Under the pieces are notes generated by a model. The model was not told where the DNA came from and did no database searches. It saw only the letters and a program-made list of their open reading frames with translations. The position numbers and the translations under genes were made by a program. A DNA stretch of 64,000 nt from Spirochaetia bacterium (GTDB lineage: Bacteria > Spirochaetota > Spirochaetia > SZUA-6 > Bin103): positions 896,001 through 960,000 of the forward strand of contig OZ241907.1 of assembly GCA_965203515.1 (NCBI GenBank), written 5' to 3'. This document shows positions 1-12,115 of this stretch, in pieces; position 1 is the first letter of the stretch, and the number at the start of each line of letters is the position of its first letter.

Positions 1-199
1 GCAGCGCCGCCGCGGCTGCTATGAGCACGACGTGGCAAAGGGAGAGCTTTTGCATCTGCAACATCGTATTTTGATTCGTCAAAATAGACGATAGCCCTAC
101 CGGTCGAGGGGCGTCAAGGACCCCGGGCCGGCGCATCGAGGGTGCCCTACGCCTGTAGGGTGGCGCGGTGCGCGGCGATGCCGGCACACTGCCCGCATC

Positions 200-1000
200 A
201 TGAACTCGGAAGGGAGCGCCGGAACGGCGTTCGAGAACCGCGTCAAGCGGCTGCTGTCGTCGGGCAAGGCGGCGTGGGGCATCGGCGCGGTGGACGAATC
301 GGAATTCTCGGCCAAGATGGCGATCAACTGCGACCCGGACTTCCTCTGGATCGACCTGGAGCACCGTCCGTACGGGATCAACGAGGTGCGGTGGATGCCG
401 ATCCTCTGCCGGCAGGCGGGCGTGGCGCCGCTGGTCCGGGTCCCCAACCTGGACGGCGGCATCGTCAAGAAGGCGCTCGACATCGGCGCCAGCACGGTGA
501 TGGTGCCGCAGGTCGGCACCGCCGACGAAGCGAAGCGCGCCGTCGAGTACGCCAAGTATCCGCCGCAGGGATCGCGGGGCATCACCCCGACCTGGACCGT
601 CTACCTGGACGTCAGTTGGGACGACTACCTGCCGGCGGCCAACGACGAGACCTGCGTGGTGGTGCAGATCGAGAGCCCGGCCGGCATCGCCAACCTCGAT
701 GCGATCGCCGCCGTCGACGGGGTGGACGTGGTGTTCGCCGGACCGTCGGACCTGTCGGCGTCGCTGGGGGTGATCGGGCAGCTCCAACACCCCAAGGTGC
801 GGTCCTTCCTGGCCGAGTTCCCGCAGCGCGTCGGCGCCTGCGGAAAGGCGTCGGGCATCGCCCTGGCGGGCGTGGACCACGCCAGGCGGGCGTACGATCA
901 GGGGTACCGCTTCATCAACATCGGATCGTTCGGCGTCCTGGGCGTGCAGGGGCTCACGGCGGCGCTCGACGAGGTGCGCGCCGCCGAGCGTCCGGGCTGA
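200..1000 (+). CDS. HpcH/HpaI aldolase family protein
   Basis: WIDLEH, LVRVP, ALDIGA, YPPQGSRG, VQIES and FAGPSDLSASLG motifs of class II pyruvate aldolases. Confidence 0.88.
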   Translation: MNSEGSAGTAFENRVKRLLSSGKAAWGIGAVDESEFSAKMAINCDPDFLWIDLEHRPYGINEVRWMPILCRQAGVAPLVRVPNLDGGIVKKALDIGASTVMVPQVGTADEAKRAVEYAKYPPQGSRGITPTWTVYLDVSWDDYLPAANDETCVVVQIESPAGIANLDAIAAVDGVDVVFAGPSDLSASLGVIGQLQHPKVRSFLAEFPQRVGACGKASGIALAGVDHARRAYDQGYRFINIGSFGVLGVQGLTAALDEVRAAERPG

Positions 1001-1033
1001 CGGAGCCGCTCAGGCCGTTTGGGACCGCACGCC

Positions 1034-2128
1034 ATGATCGACTCCGCGCGGCTGCTCGACACGTTCCTGACGATCCTCCGCATCGACAGCTATCACCCGA
1101 ACGAAGATCCGGTGATCGACGCCCTGCGGCCACAGCTGCAGCGGGCGGGGGTGGTGCTGCGCGCGGACCGGCACCGCAACGTGCTGGGATTCCGGCCCGG
1201 AGCCGGGGCGCGGGCCGGCGAGGAGCCGGTCCTGCTGTGCGCTCATACCGATACCGTGCGTCCGACCGCCGGCATGGAGCCGGTGATACGGGGCGGAGCC
1301 GTGCACACCGACGGGTCGAGCGTGCTCGGCGCCGACGACAAGGCGGCGGTGGCCGCCATCGTCGAGGCGCTGGCAGCGATCGCCGCGGACGGCGGGCCGT
1401 ACCCGCCGGTGGAGGTGCTGTTCACGGTGGGCGAAGACGTGGGACACGTCGGCTCCAAGGCGTTCGACGTCGCCGCGGTCCGCTCGCGCATGGCCTTCGT
1501 GCCGGACGTCGACGGGCCGGTGGGCGGCATCATCATGGCCGGTCCCTGGGCGGAGACGCTGCGCGTCACCTTTCGCGGGCGCGCCGCGCACGCCGGCACC
1601 GAGCCCGAGTCGGGCCGTAGCGCGCTGCAGATGGCCGCGCGCGCGATCGACCGGATGCGGCTCGGCCGCATCGACGGCGACACCACCGCCAACGCCGGCG
1701 TGCTCACCGGCGGGGAGGCGGCCAACATCGTCGCGCCGCAGGCGGCGCTGACCGTGCAGGTGCGCAGCCTGGACCAGGGCCGGTTTCGCGCGCACCGCGC
1801 CGCGTTGCTCGACTGCTGCCGACAGGGCGCGGAGGCGTTCGGCGGCGCCGTCGACGTGGAGTCGGTCGGCAGCACGGACGGCTATCGGTTCGGCGAGGAC
1901 GACGCGCCGGTGCGGCGCGCCGAGGCGGCGATCCGGTCGGCCGGCCTGACGCCATGGCGCGCCACCACCTGCGGCGGCAGCGACGCCAACGAGTTCAACG
2001 CCAAGGGGCTGCCGACGGTCGTGATCTCGGTCGGCTATCGGGACATCCACACCGACCAGGAGTCGATGCCAATCGACGAGCTGGGGCGACTGGCGGAGGT
2101 CTGCCGGGCGCTGATGCTCGGCGCCTGA
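1034..2128 (+). CDS. M20 family metallopeptidase (peptidase T-like)
   Basis: AHTDTV, LGADDKAA, GRAAHAG, GGSDAN and C-terminal IHT motifs; ATG at 1034. Confidence 0.85.
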   Translation: MIDSARLLDTFLTILRIDSYHPNEDPVIDALRPQLQRAGVVLRADRHRNVLGFRPGAGARAGEEPVLLCAHTDTVRPTAGMEPVIRGGAVHTDGSSVLGADDKAAVAAIVEALAAIAADGGPYPPVEVLFTVGEDVGHVGSKAFDVAAVRSRMAFVPDVDGPVGGIIMAGPWAETLRVTFRGRAAHAGTEPESGRSALQMAARAIDRMRLGRIDGDTTANAGVLTGGEAANIVAPQAALTVQVRSLDQGRFRAHRAALLDCCRQGAEAFGGAVDVESVGSTDGYRFGEDDAPVRRAEAAIRSAGLTPWRATTCGGSDANEFNAKGLPTVVISVGYRDIHTDQESMPIDELGRLAEVCRALMLGA

Positions 2129-2149
2129 GCACCGCGGAGCCTGAGCACC

Positions 2150-2545
2150 GTGGAACCGGTACTCCATGCCGTCCTCTGCGCCGACAAGGCGATCGAGGAG
2201 AAGAACGGCAAGAAGGGACTCATCGGCATCTTCCAGAGCTTCAACTTCGCGCGGTTTCCGATCGTCGCGCCGACCTGGTACGTGTACGTCGCCGTGGGGA
2301 ACGTCTCGGAGGGCCGGCACGACGTGATGGTCGAAGTCGTCCAGGACGACGCGGGCGCGGTCATCGTCCGGTCGCACGGCACGGTGCAGGTGCGGACGCC
2401 GGCGGCCGACGTCGAGATCGTCTGTCCGATGGCGGTGACCGCCTTCCGGTCGCCGGGCGCGCATTGGCTCACGGTGACCGTGGACGAGGTGCTGATCGGC
2501 CGCCGTATGCTGTACGTCGGGTCCAAATCCGACGATACCAAGTAA
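2150..2545 (+). CDS. hypothetical beta-rich protein (DUF6941-like)
   Basis: LCADKAIEE..GKKGLIGIF N-terminus; lies in operon context. Confidence 0.55.
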   Translation: MEPVLHAVLCADKAIEEKNGKKGLIGIFQSFNFARFPIVAPTWYVYVAVGNVSEGRHDVMVEVVQDDAGAVIVRSHGTVQVRTPAADVEIVCPMAVTAFRSPGAHWLTVTVDEVLIGRRMLYVGSKSDDTK

Positions 2546-2558
2546 AACAGGTGGCGCC

Positions 2559-3384
2559 ATGAAACGGGGCGACGACGCGACGATCACCGAAGATGAGCTG
2601 CGGCGGTTTGGCGAGCAGGGGTACGTGCGGCTCGGCCGACTCCTGGACGACCGGGACCTCGATGCCCTCCGCGCGCGCATCGACCGGATCATGCTCGGCA
2701 CCGCGGACGCGCCGTATGACCGCATGCTGATGCAGCTCGACCCGTCGACCGATCCCCCGGAGCATCTGCAAGGACAGACGAAGGGGCACAAGGGGGCCAC
2801 GCTGGACTACCGCAAGGTGCAGGACCTGGAGCTCGATCCGCTGTTCCACGCCTACCTGACGCGGCGGTTGTTCGCCGACCTGTGCCGGCGGATCTACGGT
2901 CGGGGCAATCCGGTCGCCTGCTACCGGGCGATGTTCCTGAACAAGCCGGCCGGCGGCGGCTCCGACCTGACGTGGCATCAGGATCGCTGGACCGAACTCG
3001 ACCGCGATCCGCGCATCACCGTATGGACCGCGCTCGATCCGGCGTCCAAGGCGAACGGCTGCGTGGAGATCGTACCCCGGTCGCACGGGCGGCTGCGCAA
3101 TCCGATCTCGTCTTCCGGGTTTCTCTCCGACCGGCAGCGCGAGGAGCTCGACCGGCAGATCGCGGCGGGCGCCGCGGAGGCCAGCACGATGCATCTCGAG
3201 ATGGAGGCGGGCGAGGCGGTGCTCCTGCACAACTGGACCCTGCACCGGTCCGGGACCAACCTGACCGACCGGCCGCGCCGCGCGTTCAGCGTCTGCTACA
3301 TGGACGGCGCCACGCGCTCGATTCACGGCGGCGCGCACCGGTTGGTCTTCGACGGCGACGGGCGGGCGGTCGCGCCGAGCTCCG

Positions 3385-3392
<8 letters not shown>
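2559..3392 (+). CDS. phytanoyl-CoA dioxygenase family 2OG-Fe(II) oxygenase
   Basis: WHQD, WTALD..NGC, LHRSG.N...RRA motifs. Confidence 0.88.
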
Positions 3393-5280
<1,888 letters not shown>

Positions 5281-5409
5281 GCCTGCATAGGGCGGCAACC
5301 GCCGGCCGTTGTCAAACGCCGGCGGCTGCCGGTTCCGCCGCCGCAACGATGGTAGAGTGAACGCCATGGACGTACCCGCGGCGCCGGCCGCCGCGGCCGG
5401 AGGCTCCCG

Positions 5410-6591
5410 ATGAGCGCGCGGCTCGGCGTGGCCGTGATCGGCATGGGCTGGATGGGATCCGTGCACGCCCGCTGTTACCGGCTGCTGCCGCACCGCTTCC
5501 CGGAGCTCGGCATCGACCCGCATCTGGTGGTGTGCGCCGACAGCGTCGAGGCGCGCGCGCGGGAGGGGGCCGCGCGCGCGGGATTCGAGCGCGCCACCAC
5601 GGACTGGCGCGAGGCGATCGCCGACCCGCGGGTAGACGTGGTCAACGTCGCCACCCAGAACGCCCTGCACGCGCCGGTCGCCCTGGCGGCGATCGCCGCC
5701 GGCAAGCACCTGTTCTGCGAAAAGCCGGTCGGCCGCAGTCCGGCGGAGACGGCGGCGATCGCCGCCGCGGCCCGCGCGGCCGGGATCGTCAGCGCCGTCG
5801 GCTACAACTACCGCTGGGCGCCGGTCGTGCAGTACGCGCTGGGCTTGGTCCGGGCCGGCCGGCTGGGGACGATCACCCACGTGCGCGGCCGGTTCCTGGT
5901 CGGCTACGCGCGCGACCCGCACGGCGTGCTGTCATGGCGCTTCGACCGCGAGCAATCCGGCGGCGGCGCGGTCGCCGACCTGATGTCGCACGTCGTCGAT
6001 CTCGCGCACGCGCTGGCCGGTCCCGTGGAGCGGCTGGTCGCCAACCGGCACACCTTCATCGCCCGGCGGCCGCTGCCGACGCCGGGCGAAGGGACCCACT
6101 TCACGGTCAAGCGCGGCGGTCCGGTCGGCCCGGTCACCAACGAGGACTACGGGAGCGCGCTGGTGCGGTTCGCGTGCGGGGCGCAGGGGACCTTCGAGGT
6201 GTGCCGCGTCATCAACGGCCCCAAGTGTCAGCTCGCCTTCGAGCTGAGCGGCGTCGACGGCACGATCCTGTGGGACTTCGAGCGCATGAACGAGCTGCAG
6301 CTCTACCTGCCGGACGGCACGCCGGAGCGGGACGGCACGGTGCGGGTGCAGGCGGGCCCGGACCATCCGTTCTTCGCCAACTTCAATCCGGGGCCGGCGC
6401 TCGCCATGAGCTACGAGGACCTCAAGGTGATCGAGGCCGCGCAGTTCGCCAAGTCCGTGATCGAGCGGCGGCAGGGCGAGCCGGGCCTGGCGGAAGCGGA
6501 CCGCGTAGCGCAGGTGCTGGCCGCCTTCGACCGGTCGATCGACTCCGGCGCCTGGGAGACGGTGGCGCCCGTCTCCGGCGCGACGGCGTGA
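5410..6591 (+). CDS. Gfo/Idh/MocA oxidoreductase (inositol dehydrogenase-like)
   Basis: IGMGWMG, CEKP, GGGAVADLMSH motifs; near iolD. Confidence 0.85.
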   Translation: MSARLGVAVIGMGWMGSVHARCYRLLPHRFPELGIDPHLVVCADSVEARAREGAARAGFERATTDWREAIADPRVDVVNVATQNALHAPVALAAIAAGKHLFCEKPVGRSPAETAAIAAAARAAGIVSAVGYNYRWAPVVQYALGLVRAGRLGTITHVRGRFLVGYARDPHGVLSWRFDREQSGGGAVADLMSHVVDLAHALAGPVERLVANRHTFIARRPLPTPGEGTHFTVKRGGPVGPVTNEDYGSALVRFACGAQGTFEVCRVINGPKCQLAFELSGVDGTILWDFERMNELQLYLPDGTPERDGTVRVQAGPDHPFFANFNPGPALAMSYEDLKVIEAAQFAKSVIERRQGEPGLAEADRVAQVLAAFDRSIDSGAWETVAPVSGATA

Positions 6592-6613
6592 CGGGCCGCG
6601 GCAGGGCCGGCGT

Positions 6614-7087
6614 GTGGCGGTGAGCCTGGCGGACTCCATCCCGCCGTCCCGGATCCTGGCCCCGCTGCAGGCCGACACCGACGACGAGGCGCTCAGCCGC
6701 CTGGTGGGCGTGGTCGCCGGCGACCTGACGATCCCGGACGCCGCCGGGGTACTCGACCGCCTGCTGCATGAACCGATGCTGCGCGCCGCGCTGGTCGGCC
6801 ACGGCGCCGCCATCATCCACAGCCGCATCGACGGGCTGCCGCGCTCGGTGACCGCCCTGGGGGTCGCGCCGCCCGGCGCGTCTTTCCGGTTCGGCGGCGG
6901 CTTCCGCTACGTGGTGAGCGTGATGTTCCTGGTGCTCTCGCCGCCGGAACCGCCGGAGCCGCACCTGGAGCTGGTGGCGGCGATCGCGAGCTTCGTCCGG
7001 GAGGCGCGCGCGCTGGACGCCCTCAAGGCGGCCGCCTCCCCCGACCAAGCCGCGCAGGCGCTGCTGGCCGGCAGCGGTCAGCGTTAG
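6614..7087 (+). CDS. PTS EIIA-domain protein (Ntr/fructose type)
   Basis: GHGAAIIHSR resembles the G.G.AIPH phospho-His motif; HLELVA.IA C-terminal helix. Confidence 0.6.
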   Translation: MAVSLADSIPPSRILAPLQADTDDEALSRLVGVVAGDLTIPDAAGVLDRLLHEPMLRAALVGHGAAIIHSRIDGLPRSVTALGVAPPGASFRFGGGFRYVVSVMFLVLSPPEPPEPHLELVAAIASFVREARALDALKAAASPDQAAQALLAGSGQR

Positions 7088-7147
7088 CGGCGCGGGCCGC
7101 GCGCGCACCGATTCCGCATCCGGGCCGGCCGGGGTATGATCGACGCC

Positions 7148-9028
7148 ATGCCAGCAACCGAACACCTCACCGTCGGCCAGGCGATCGTCAAGTACCTGAG
7201 CGTCCAGTTCAGCGAGCGCGACGGCCGCCGCCGGCGGCTGGTGCCGGCCATCTTCGGCATCTTCGGCCACGGCAACGTCGCCGGCCTGGGCCAGGCGCTG
7301 GAATCGATCGGCGGCGACCTGCCGCTCTATCAGAGCCGCAACGAGCAGTCGATGGTGCACGTCGCCTCCGGCTACGCCAAGGCGGCGCGGCGGACGGCGA
7401 CCCTGGCCTGCACCAGCTCGATCGGCCCCGGCGCCACCAACATGGTGACCGGCGCCGCCACCGCCACGATCAACCGCCTGCCGGTGCTGCTGCTGCCGTC
7501 CGACTACTACGTCACCCGCCACCAGGGCAACGTCCTGCAGGAACTGGAGCACCCGCTGGCGGCCGACGTCAGCGTCAACGACTGCTTCCGGCCGGTCAGC
7601 CGGTTCTTCGACCGGATTTCCCGGCCGGAGCAGCTCCTCACCGCGCTCCCGGAGGCGATGCGGGTGCTCACCGATCCCGCCGACACCGGCACGGTGACGA
7701 TCTCGATCCCGCAGGACGTGCAGGCGCACGCCTACCGCTTTCCGTCCCGGCTGTTCGAGCGACGCACGTGGCGCATCGAGCGCACGCCCCCGGCCGCCGG
7801 CCGCATCGAGGAGGCGGCGCGTCTGCTCGAGCGTTCCCGGCGGCCGATGATCATCGCCGGCGGCGGCGTCCACTACGCGGAGGCATGGGAGGCGCTGAAC
7901 GAGCTGGCCGCGCTGGGCATCCCGGTGTCCGAGACGTTCGGCGGCAAGGGCTGCTACCGCGGTCCGCGCGCGTGGTCGCTGGGCGGACACGGGGTCGAGG
8001 GGACCACCGCGGCGGCGCGCTCGGCGGAGCAGGCCGATCTGGTGATCGCCGTCGGCACCCGCCTGGGCGACTTTGCGACCGCCTCCAACAGCCTGTTCCG
8101 GAACCCCGACGTACGGTTCCTCAGCCTCAACGTCAACGCGCACGACGCCTTCAAGAACGGCGCGCTGCCGGTGGTCGGCGACGCGCGCGAGTCGCTCGCC
8201 GCCCTGGCCGCCGCCTGCCGGCAGCGGGGGGTCGACTTCACCGGCCGCGCGGCCGAGGTCGCCCGGCTGCAGGCCGAATGGGAAGAGATCAAGGCGACCG
8301 ATGCCTGCGCGCCGCAGGCCGGGCAGGCGATGGGCGAGGGCGAGCTGATCGCGGCGTTGAACCAGGAAGCGCAGGCCGGTGACTCCGTGGTCGCCGCCGC
8401 CGGCGGCCCGGTCGGCAACCTGCTCAAGCTGTGGGACGCCGCCGGCGGCGCGGCGTGCCACCTGGAGTTCGGCTTCTCCTGCATGGGGTGGGAGATGCCG
8501 GCCGCCCTGGGCGTCCGCATGGAGCAGCCGGAGGGCGAGGTGTACGTCTACCTGGGCGACGGCAACTACCTGCTCAATCCGATGGAGCTGATGACCGCGC
8601 TGCAGGAGGACCTGAAGATCACGGTGGTGGTGGCCGACAACCACGGCTATCAGGTGATCCGCCGCCTGCAGATGGCGCGCGCCGGCCACTCGTTCGGCAC
8701 CGAGTTCCGCACCCGGGTCGACGGCGACGACGGCCGCCGGCTCGACGGGGAGTATCTGGCGGTCGACATGGCGGCGATCGCGGAGGCGATGGGAGCGCGC
8801 GGCTTCCGGGTCGGCACGCCCGGCGAGGTGCGCGCGGCGCTGCGCGAGGCGCGCGGCGAACGGCGCAGCTGCGTCATCGTCGCCGAGATCGAGAAGCACC
8901 GCTACGTGCCGGGGGCCGGCACGTGGTGGGACGTGGCGCCGGCGGAGGTGAGCCGCAGCGAGGTGACGCAGACCCTGCGCTCCGAATACGAGCGGGACCG
9001 CGCCGCGCTGCAGCGCTACCATTACTGA
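7148..9028 (+). CDS. iolD: 3D-(3,5/4)-trihydroxycyclohexane-1,2-dione acylhydrolase (ThDP-dependent)
   Basis: LTVGQAIVKYL, GIFGHGNVAGLGQAL, RNEQSMVH, SIGPGATN, EFGFSCMG, GDG..N motifs. Confidence 0.93.
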   Translation: MPATEHLTVGQAIVKYLSVQFSERDGRRRRLVPAIFGIFGHGNVAGLGQALESIGGDLPLYQSRNEQSMVHVASGYAKAARRTATLACTSSIGPGATNMVTGAATATINRLPVLLLPSDYYVTRHQGNVLQELEHPLAADVSVNDCFRPVSRFFDRISRPEQLLTALPEAMRVLTDPADTGTVTISIPQDVQAHAYRFPSRLFERRTWRIERTPPAAGRIEEAARLLERSRRPMIIAGGGVHYAEAWEALNELAALGIPVSETFGGKGCYRGPRAWSLGGHGVEGTTAAARSAEQADLVIAVGTRLGDFATASNSLFRNPDVRFLSLNVNAHDAFKNGALPVVGDARESLAALAAACRQRGVDFTGRAAEVARLQAEWEEIKATDACAPQAGQAMGEGELIAALNQEAQAGDSVVAAAGGPVGNLLKLWDAAGGAACHLEFGFSCMGWEMPAALGVRMEQPEGEVYVYLGDGNYLLNPMELMTALQEDLKITVVVADNHGYQVIRRLQMARAGHSFGTEFRTRVDGDDGRRLDGEYLAVDMAAIAEAMGARGFRVGTPGEVRAALREARGERRSCVIVAEIEKHRYVPGAGTWWDVAPAEVSRSEVTQTLRSEYERDRAALQRYHY

Positions 9029-9034
9029 AACACG

Positions 9035-10048
9035 ATGAGCAGGCACTCGGTCGTCGCCAAAGCGGAAGCGCTGCTGACCGGACGTTCGGCGCTGGTGGCG
9101 CTGATCAGCGTCGCCGCGCTCGCCGCGGTCTTCACGATCCTGACGCCGGCGACCCTGCTGACCGGGGTGGCGCTCTCCAACGTGATCACCTTCAGCGTCA
9201 TCCTGGGGATCATCGTCATCGGCGTGGCGATCCTGATGATCGCCGGCGAGTTCGACCTGTCGGTCGGGTCGACCTTTGCCGTGGTCGGCTTCGCGTACGG
9301 CGCGCTGGTCACCGAAGGGGGCGTTGGCGTCTGGCCGGCCGCCTTCATCGCCCTCTGCGTCGGCGCCCTGCTGGGACTGTTCAACGGGACGGTGGTGGTG
9401 CGTTCCGGCAACCCGTCCTTCATCATCACGCTGGGAACGCTGCTGGCCTTTCGCGGCATCGCGCGCGCCATCGGCGGCGGCCGCGTCGTCAGCTATGCGC
9501 CCGAAGATACGCCGTTCCTGTTTTCGATGCTCAACTCCGGCATCACGGCGCTGAACGAGCTGTCGGCGCCGGCCGGCAACTTCCGCACGTCGATCCTGTG
9601 GTTCCTGGCGCTGGCCGTGCTGTTCGGGGTGTTCCTGCATCGTTCCCGGTTCGGCAACTGGATCTACTCGACCGGCGGCAACCGCGAAGCGGCGCAGGCG
9701 CAGGGGGTGCCGACGCGCCGCGTCAAGCTCACGGCGTTCGTGCTGGTGGGCGTCCTGGTGGCGGTGTCGTCGGTCATCAACTTCGCCGAGCGCAACTCCA
9801 TCGATCCGCTGGCCGGCAACCTCTGGGAGCTGTTCGCGGTGGCCGCCTGCGTGATCGGCGGGCTGCGCCTGCGCGGCGGCTTCGGCACCATTGCCGGCGC
9901 CTGTCTGGGCATCCTGATGATTTCGCTGTTGCGGCAAGGTCTGGTGCTGGTGGGGCTGTCGATCGAGACCTTCCAGGCCGTGTTCGGGTTCCTGCTGATC
10001 TCGATCGCGGCGCTGAACCAGTATCTGGGACGGACCGCCGATGATTGA
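9035..10048 (+). CDS. sugar ABC transporter permease (RbsC-like)
   Basis: GEFDLSVGS, PSFIITLG, GGN..AA...G motifs; multiple TM helices. Confidence 0.9.
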   Translation: MSRHSVVAKAEALLTGRSALVALISVAALAAVFTILTPATLLTGVALSNVITFSVILGIIVIGVAILMIAGEFDLSVGSTFAVVGFAYGALVTEGGVGVWPAAFIALCVGALLGLFNGTVVVRSGNPSFIITLGTLLAFRGIARAIGGGRVVSYAPEDTPFLFSMLNSGITALNELSAPAGNFRTSILWFLALAVLFGVFLHRSRFGNWIYSTGGNREAAQAQGVPTRRVKLTAFVLVGVLVAVSSVINFAERNSIDPLAGNLWELFAVAACVIGGLRLRGGFGTIAGACLGILMISLLRQGLVLVGLSIETFQAVFGFLLISIAALNQYLGRTADD

Positions 10049-10160
10049 CCGCCGCTCCTCCCGGCTGGAGGGGCCGGCTGGAGAGGGAGGCGCCGGTAAC
10101 GAAGACACCTGCCACGTGGTACGTGGCCGATCGATCATTTCTATCTTTGAGGAGGGACCG

Positions 10161-12035
10161 ATGCGGTCCAGAATCACAGTGGCGCTCTTCGCGTGCGCCA
10201 TCGCAGTCGGACCCGTCTTTGCGGACGGGCACATACTCCACGGCACGTTCGACTTCAGCGAGGAGATCGGCCGGAACGTCGAAGACGGCGTGACGCTGTT
10301 CGGCGTCAATCAGCAGCAGCCGCTGCAGGGCTACGGGGCGATCATGGCGCTCACGCTGCAGGCGAGATACGGCATCAGCCCGGCCTCCAAGGTGACCACC
10401 ACCGGGCCGGCGTTCCTCACCAGGGACAACATCGCCACGGCGCCGACCCGCTACGTCGTCGACCCGGACATGCGTCTGCGGTTCATCGCCGTACAGCACG
10501 CGCGCTGCGCCTGGGACTCGTTCTGGTGCACGGTAGAGGCCGGCATCATGCAGGCGGCCGAAGACACCGGCGCCGACGTGACGATCCTGGGCCCGGACTC
10601 GTTCGACCTGAACCGCGTGGCCGAACTGGTCGACCAGGCGGTCGCCGCGCAGCCGGACGGCATCCTGATGACCTACACCGACAGCCGCTTCAAGGAACCG
10701 GTCGAACGGGCGCTCGCCGCCGGCATCCCGGTGATCGCCTACAACGCCGGCCAGGGACCCGAAAAGGACGGCGTCGGGTATCTGACCTATCTGGGTCAGG
10801 ACGAGTACCTGGGCGGATACGAAGGCGGCCGCCGGCTGGTCGCAGCGGCCGGCATGGGCGCGCACAAGGCGGTCTGCATCAATCAGGCGGTCGGGCACGT
10901 CGGGCTCGACGCCCGCTGTCAGGGCTTTGCCGACGCGCTGGCCGAGGCGGGCATCCCGATGGCCGGCAGCACCGGCGTGCTGGGCATCGGCGACGACGTG
11001 GCGGCGTCCCAACAGACGATCAGCGACTTCTATGCCGCCAACCCCGACATCGACCTGTTCATGACGCTCGGCCCGAACGGCGCGACGCCGTTCTACGGCT
11101 TCGTGGAGCAGGAGGGGCTGGACGACGACGACTTCGTGCACGGGACGTTCGACTTCAACGAATCGATCGCCGCCAACATCCGTTCCGGCAGGACCGAGTT
11201 CGGGATCGACCAGCAGCCGTACCTGCAGGGCTACGGCGCCGTGACGCTGCTCTACCTCAACCATCGGTTCCGCGCCGTGCCGCCCACGTCGGTCACGCCG
11301 ACCGGTCCGGGGTTCATCACGCAGGAGAACCTGGACATCCTGCCGGCCGGCGTCGACGAGTACCGCGCGCGCGCGGATCAGCCGGTCGATATCATCGTCG
11401 TGCAGCACGCCCGGTGCGACTGGGATTCGTGGTGGTGCACGATGCGCGACACGATGGAGATGGCCGCCGCCAACATGGGTGTGAATCTCCAGATCCTGGC
11501 GCCCGACGCGTTCGACGTGAACGAGGTGGCGCGGCTGGTCGATCAGGCGCGCGCGGACCAGCCGGACGGCATGGCGATCACGATCACCAATGCCGACATC
11601 CTGCGCGATTCGGTCAACCGGGTGCTCGGCGACGGCATCCCGGTAGTCGGGTTCAACGCCGGCGACGGCCCGGACTCCGACCGCATTCCGTACGGGACCT
11701 ACATCGGGCAGCGCGAGTACGACGGCGGCTACTACGGCGGCCGGTATCTGGCGGCCGCGGCGACCGCCGGTTCGAAGGGGATCTGCATCAACCATCAGGT
11801 CGGACACATCGGCCTCGACGCGCGCTGCAACGGCTTCGTGGACGCGATGCGGGAAGCCGGCATCGCCCTTGCGGGCAGCAACGGGGTGCTCGGCATCAGC
11901 GACGACGTGGCCGCCTCCGCGCAGGTCATCAGCGACTTCTACGCCAGCAATCCGGACACGAACATCTTCTTCACGCTGGGACCCAACTCCGCCACGCCGT
12001 TCTACGACTTCCTCGAAAGCGAGGGATTGAACTAG
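10161..12035 (+). CDS. sugar ABC substrate-binding protein with two tandem ~300-aa repeats
   Basis: GAGGAGG RBS and signal peptide; duplicated HGTFDF, QQ..LQGY, QHARC.WDS.WC and TLGPN.ATPFY motifs. Confidence 0.88.
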   Translation: MRSRITVALFACAIAVGPVFADGHILHGTFDFSEEIGRNVEDGVTLFGVNQQQPLQGYGAIMALTLQARYGISPASKVTTTGPAFLTRDNIATAPTRYVVDPDMRLRFIAVQHARCAWDSFWCTVEAGIMQAAEDTGADVTILGPDSFDLNRVAELVDQAVAAQPDGILMTYTDSRFKEPVERALAAGIPVIAYNAGQGPEKDGVGYLTYLGQDEYLGGYEGGRRLVAAAGMGAHKAVCINQAVGHVGLDARCQGFADALAEAGIPMAGSTGVLGIGDDVAASQQTISDFYAANPDIDLFMTLGPNGATPFYGFVEQEGLDDDDFVHGTFDFNESIAANIRSGRTEFGIDQQPYLQGYGAVTLLYLNHRFRAVPPTSVTPTGPGFITQENLDILPAGVDEYRARADQPVDIIVVQHARCDWDSWWCTMRDTMEMAAANMGVNLQILAPDAFDVNEVARLVDQARADQPDGMAITITNADILRDSVNRVLGDGIPVVGFNAGDGPDSDRIPYGTYIGQREYDGGYYGGRYLAAAATAGSKGICINHQVGHIGLDARCNGFVDAMREAGIALAGSNGVLGISDDVAASAQVISDFYASNPDTNIFFTLGPNSATPFYDFLESEGLN

Positions 12036-12058
12036 GGGGACCGTACCGACCTTCGACC

Positions 12059-12096
12059 GCCGATCGTCAGAGCTCCTTCGAGCTCTGACGATCGGC
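12059..12096 (+). promoter_or_regulatory. perfect 17-bp stem hairpin after the SBP gene (probable mRNA-stabilising or attenuating element)
   Basis: GCCGATCGTCAGAGCTC-CTTC-GAGCTCTGACGATCGGC; no U-tract. Confidence 0.7.
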
Positions 12097-12115
12097 AGCA
12101 GGTCCGCGGCACGGC

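Noticed and set aside
6422..10309. 1295-aa minus-strand ORF (similarly 33695-37675, 37800-40577, 55329-58151)
   Set aside because: Shadow frames of well-supported genes in high-GC DNA; no recognisable domains.
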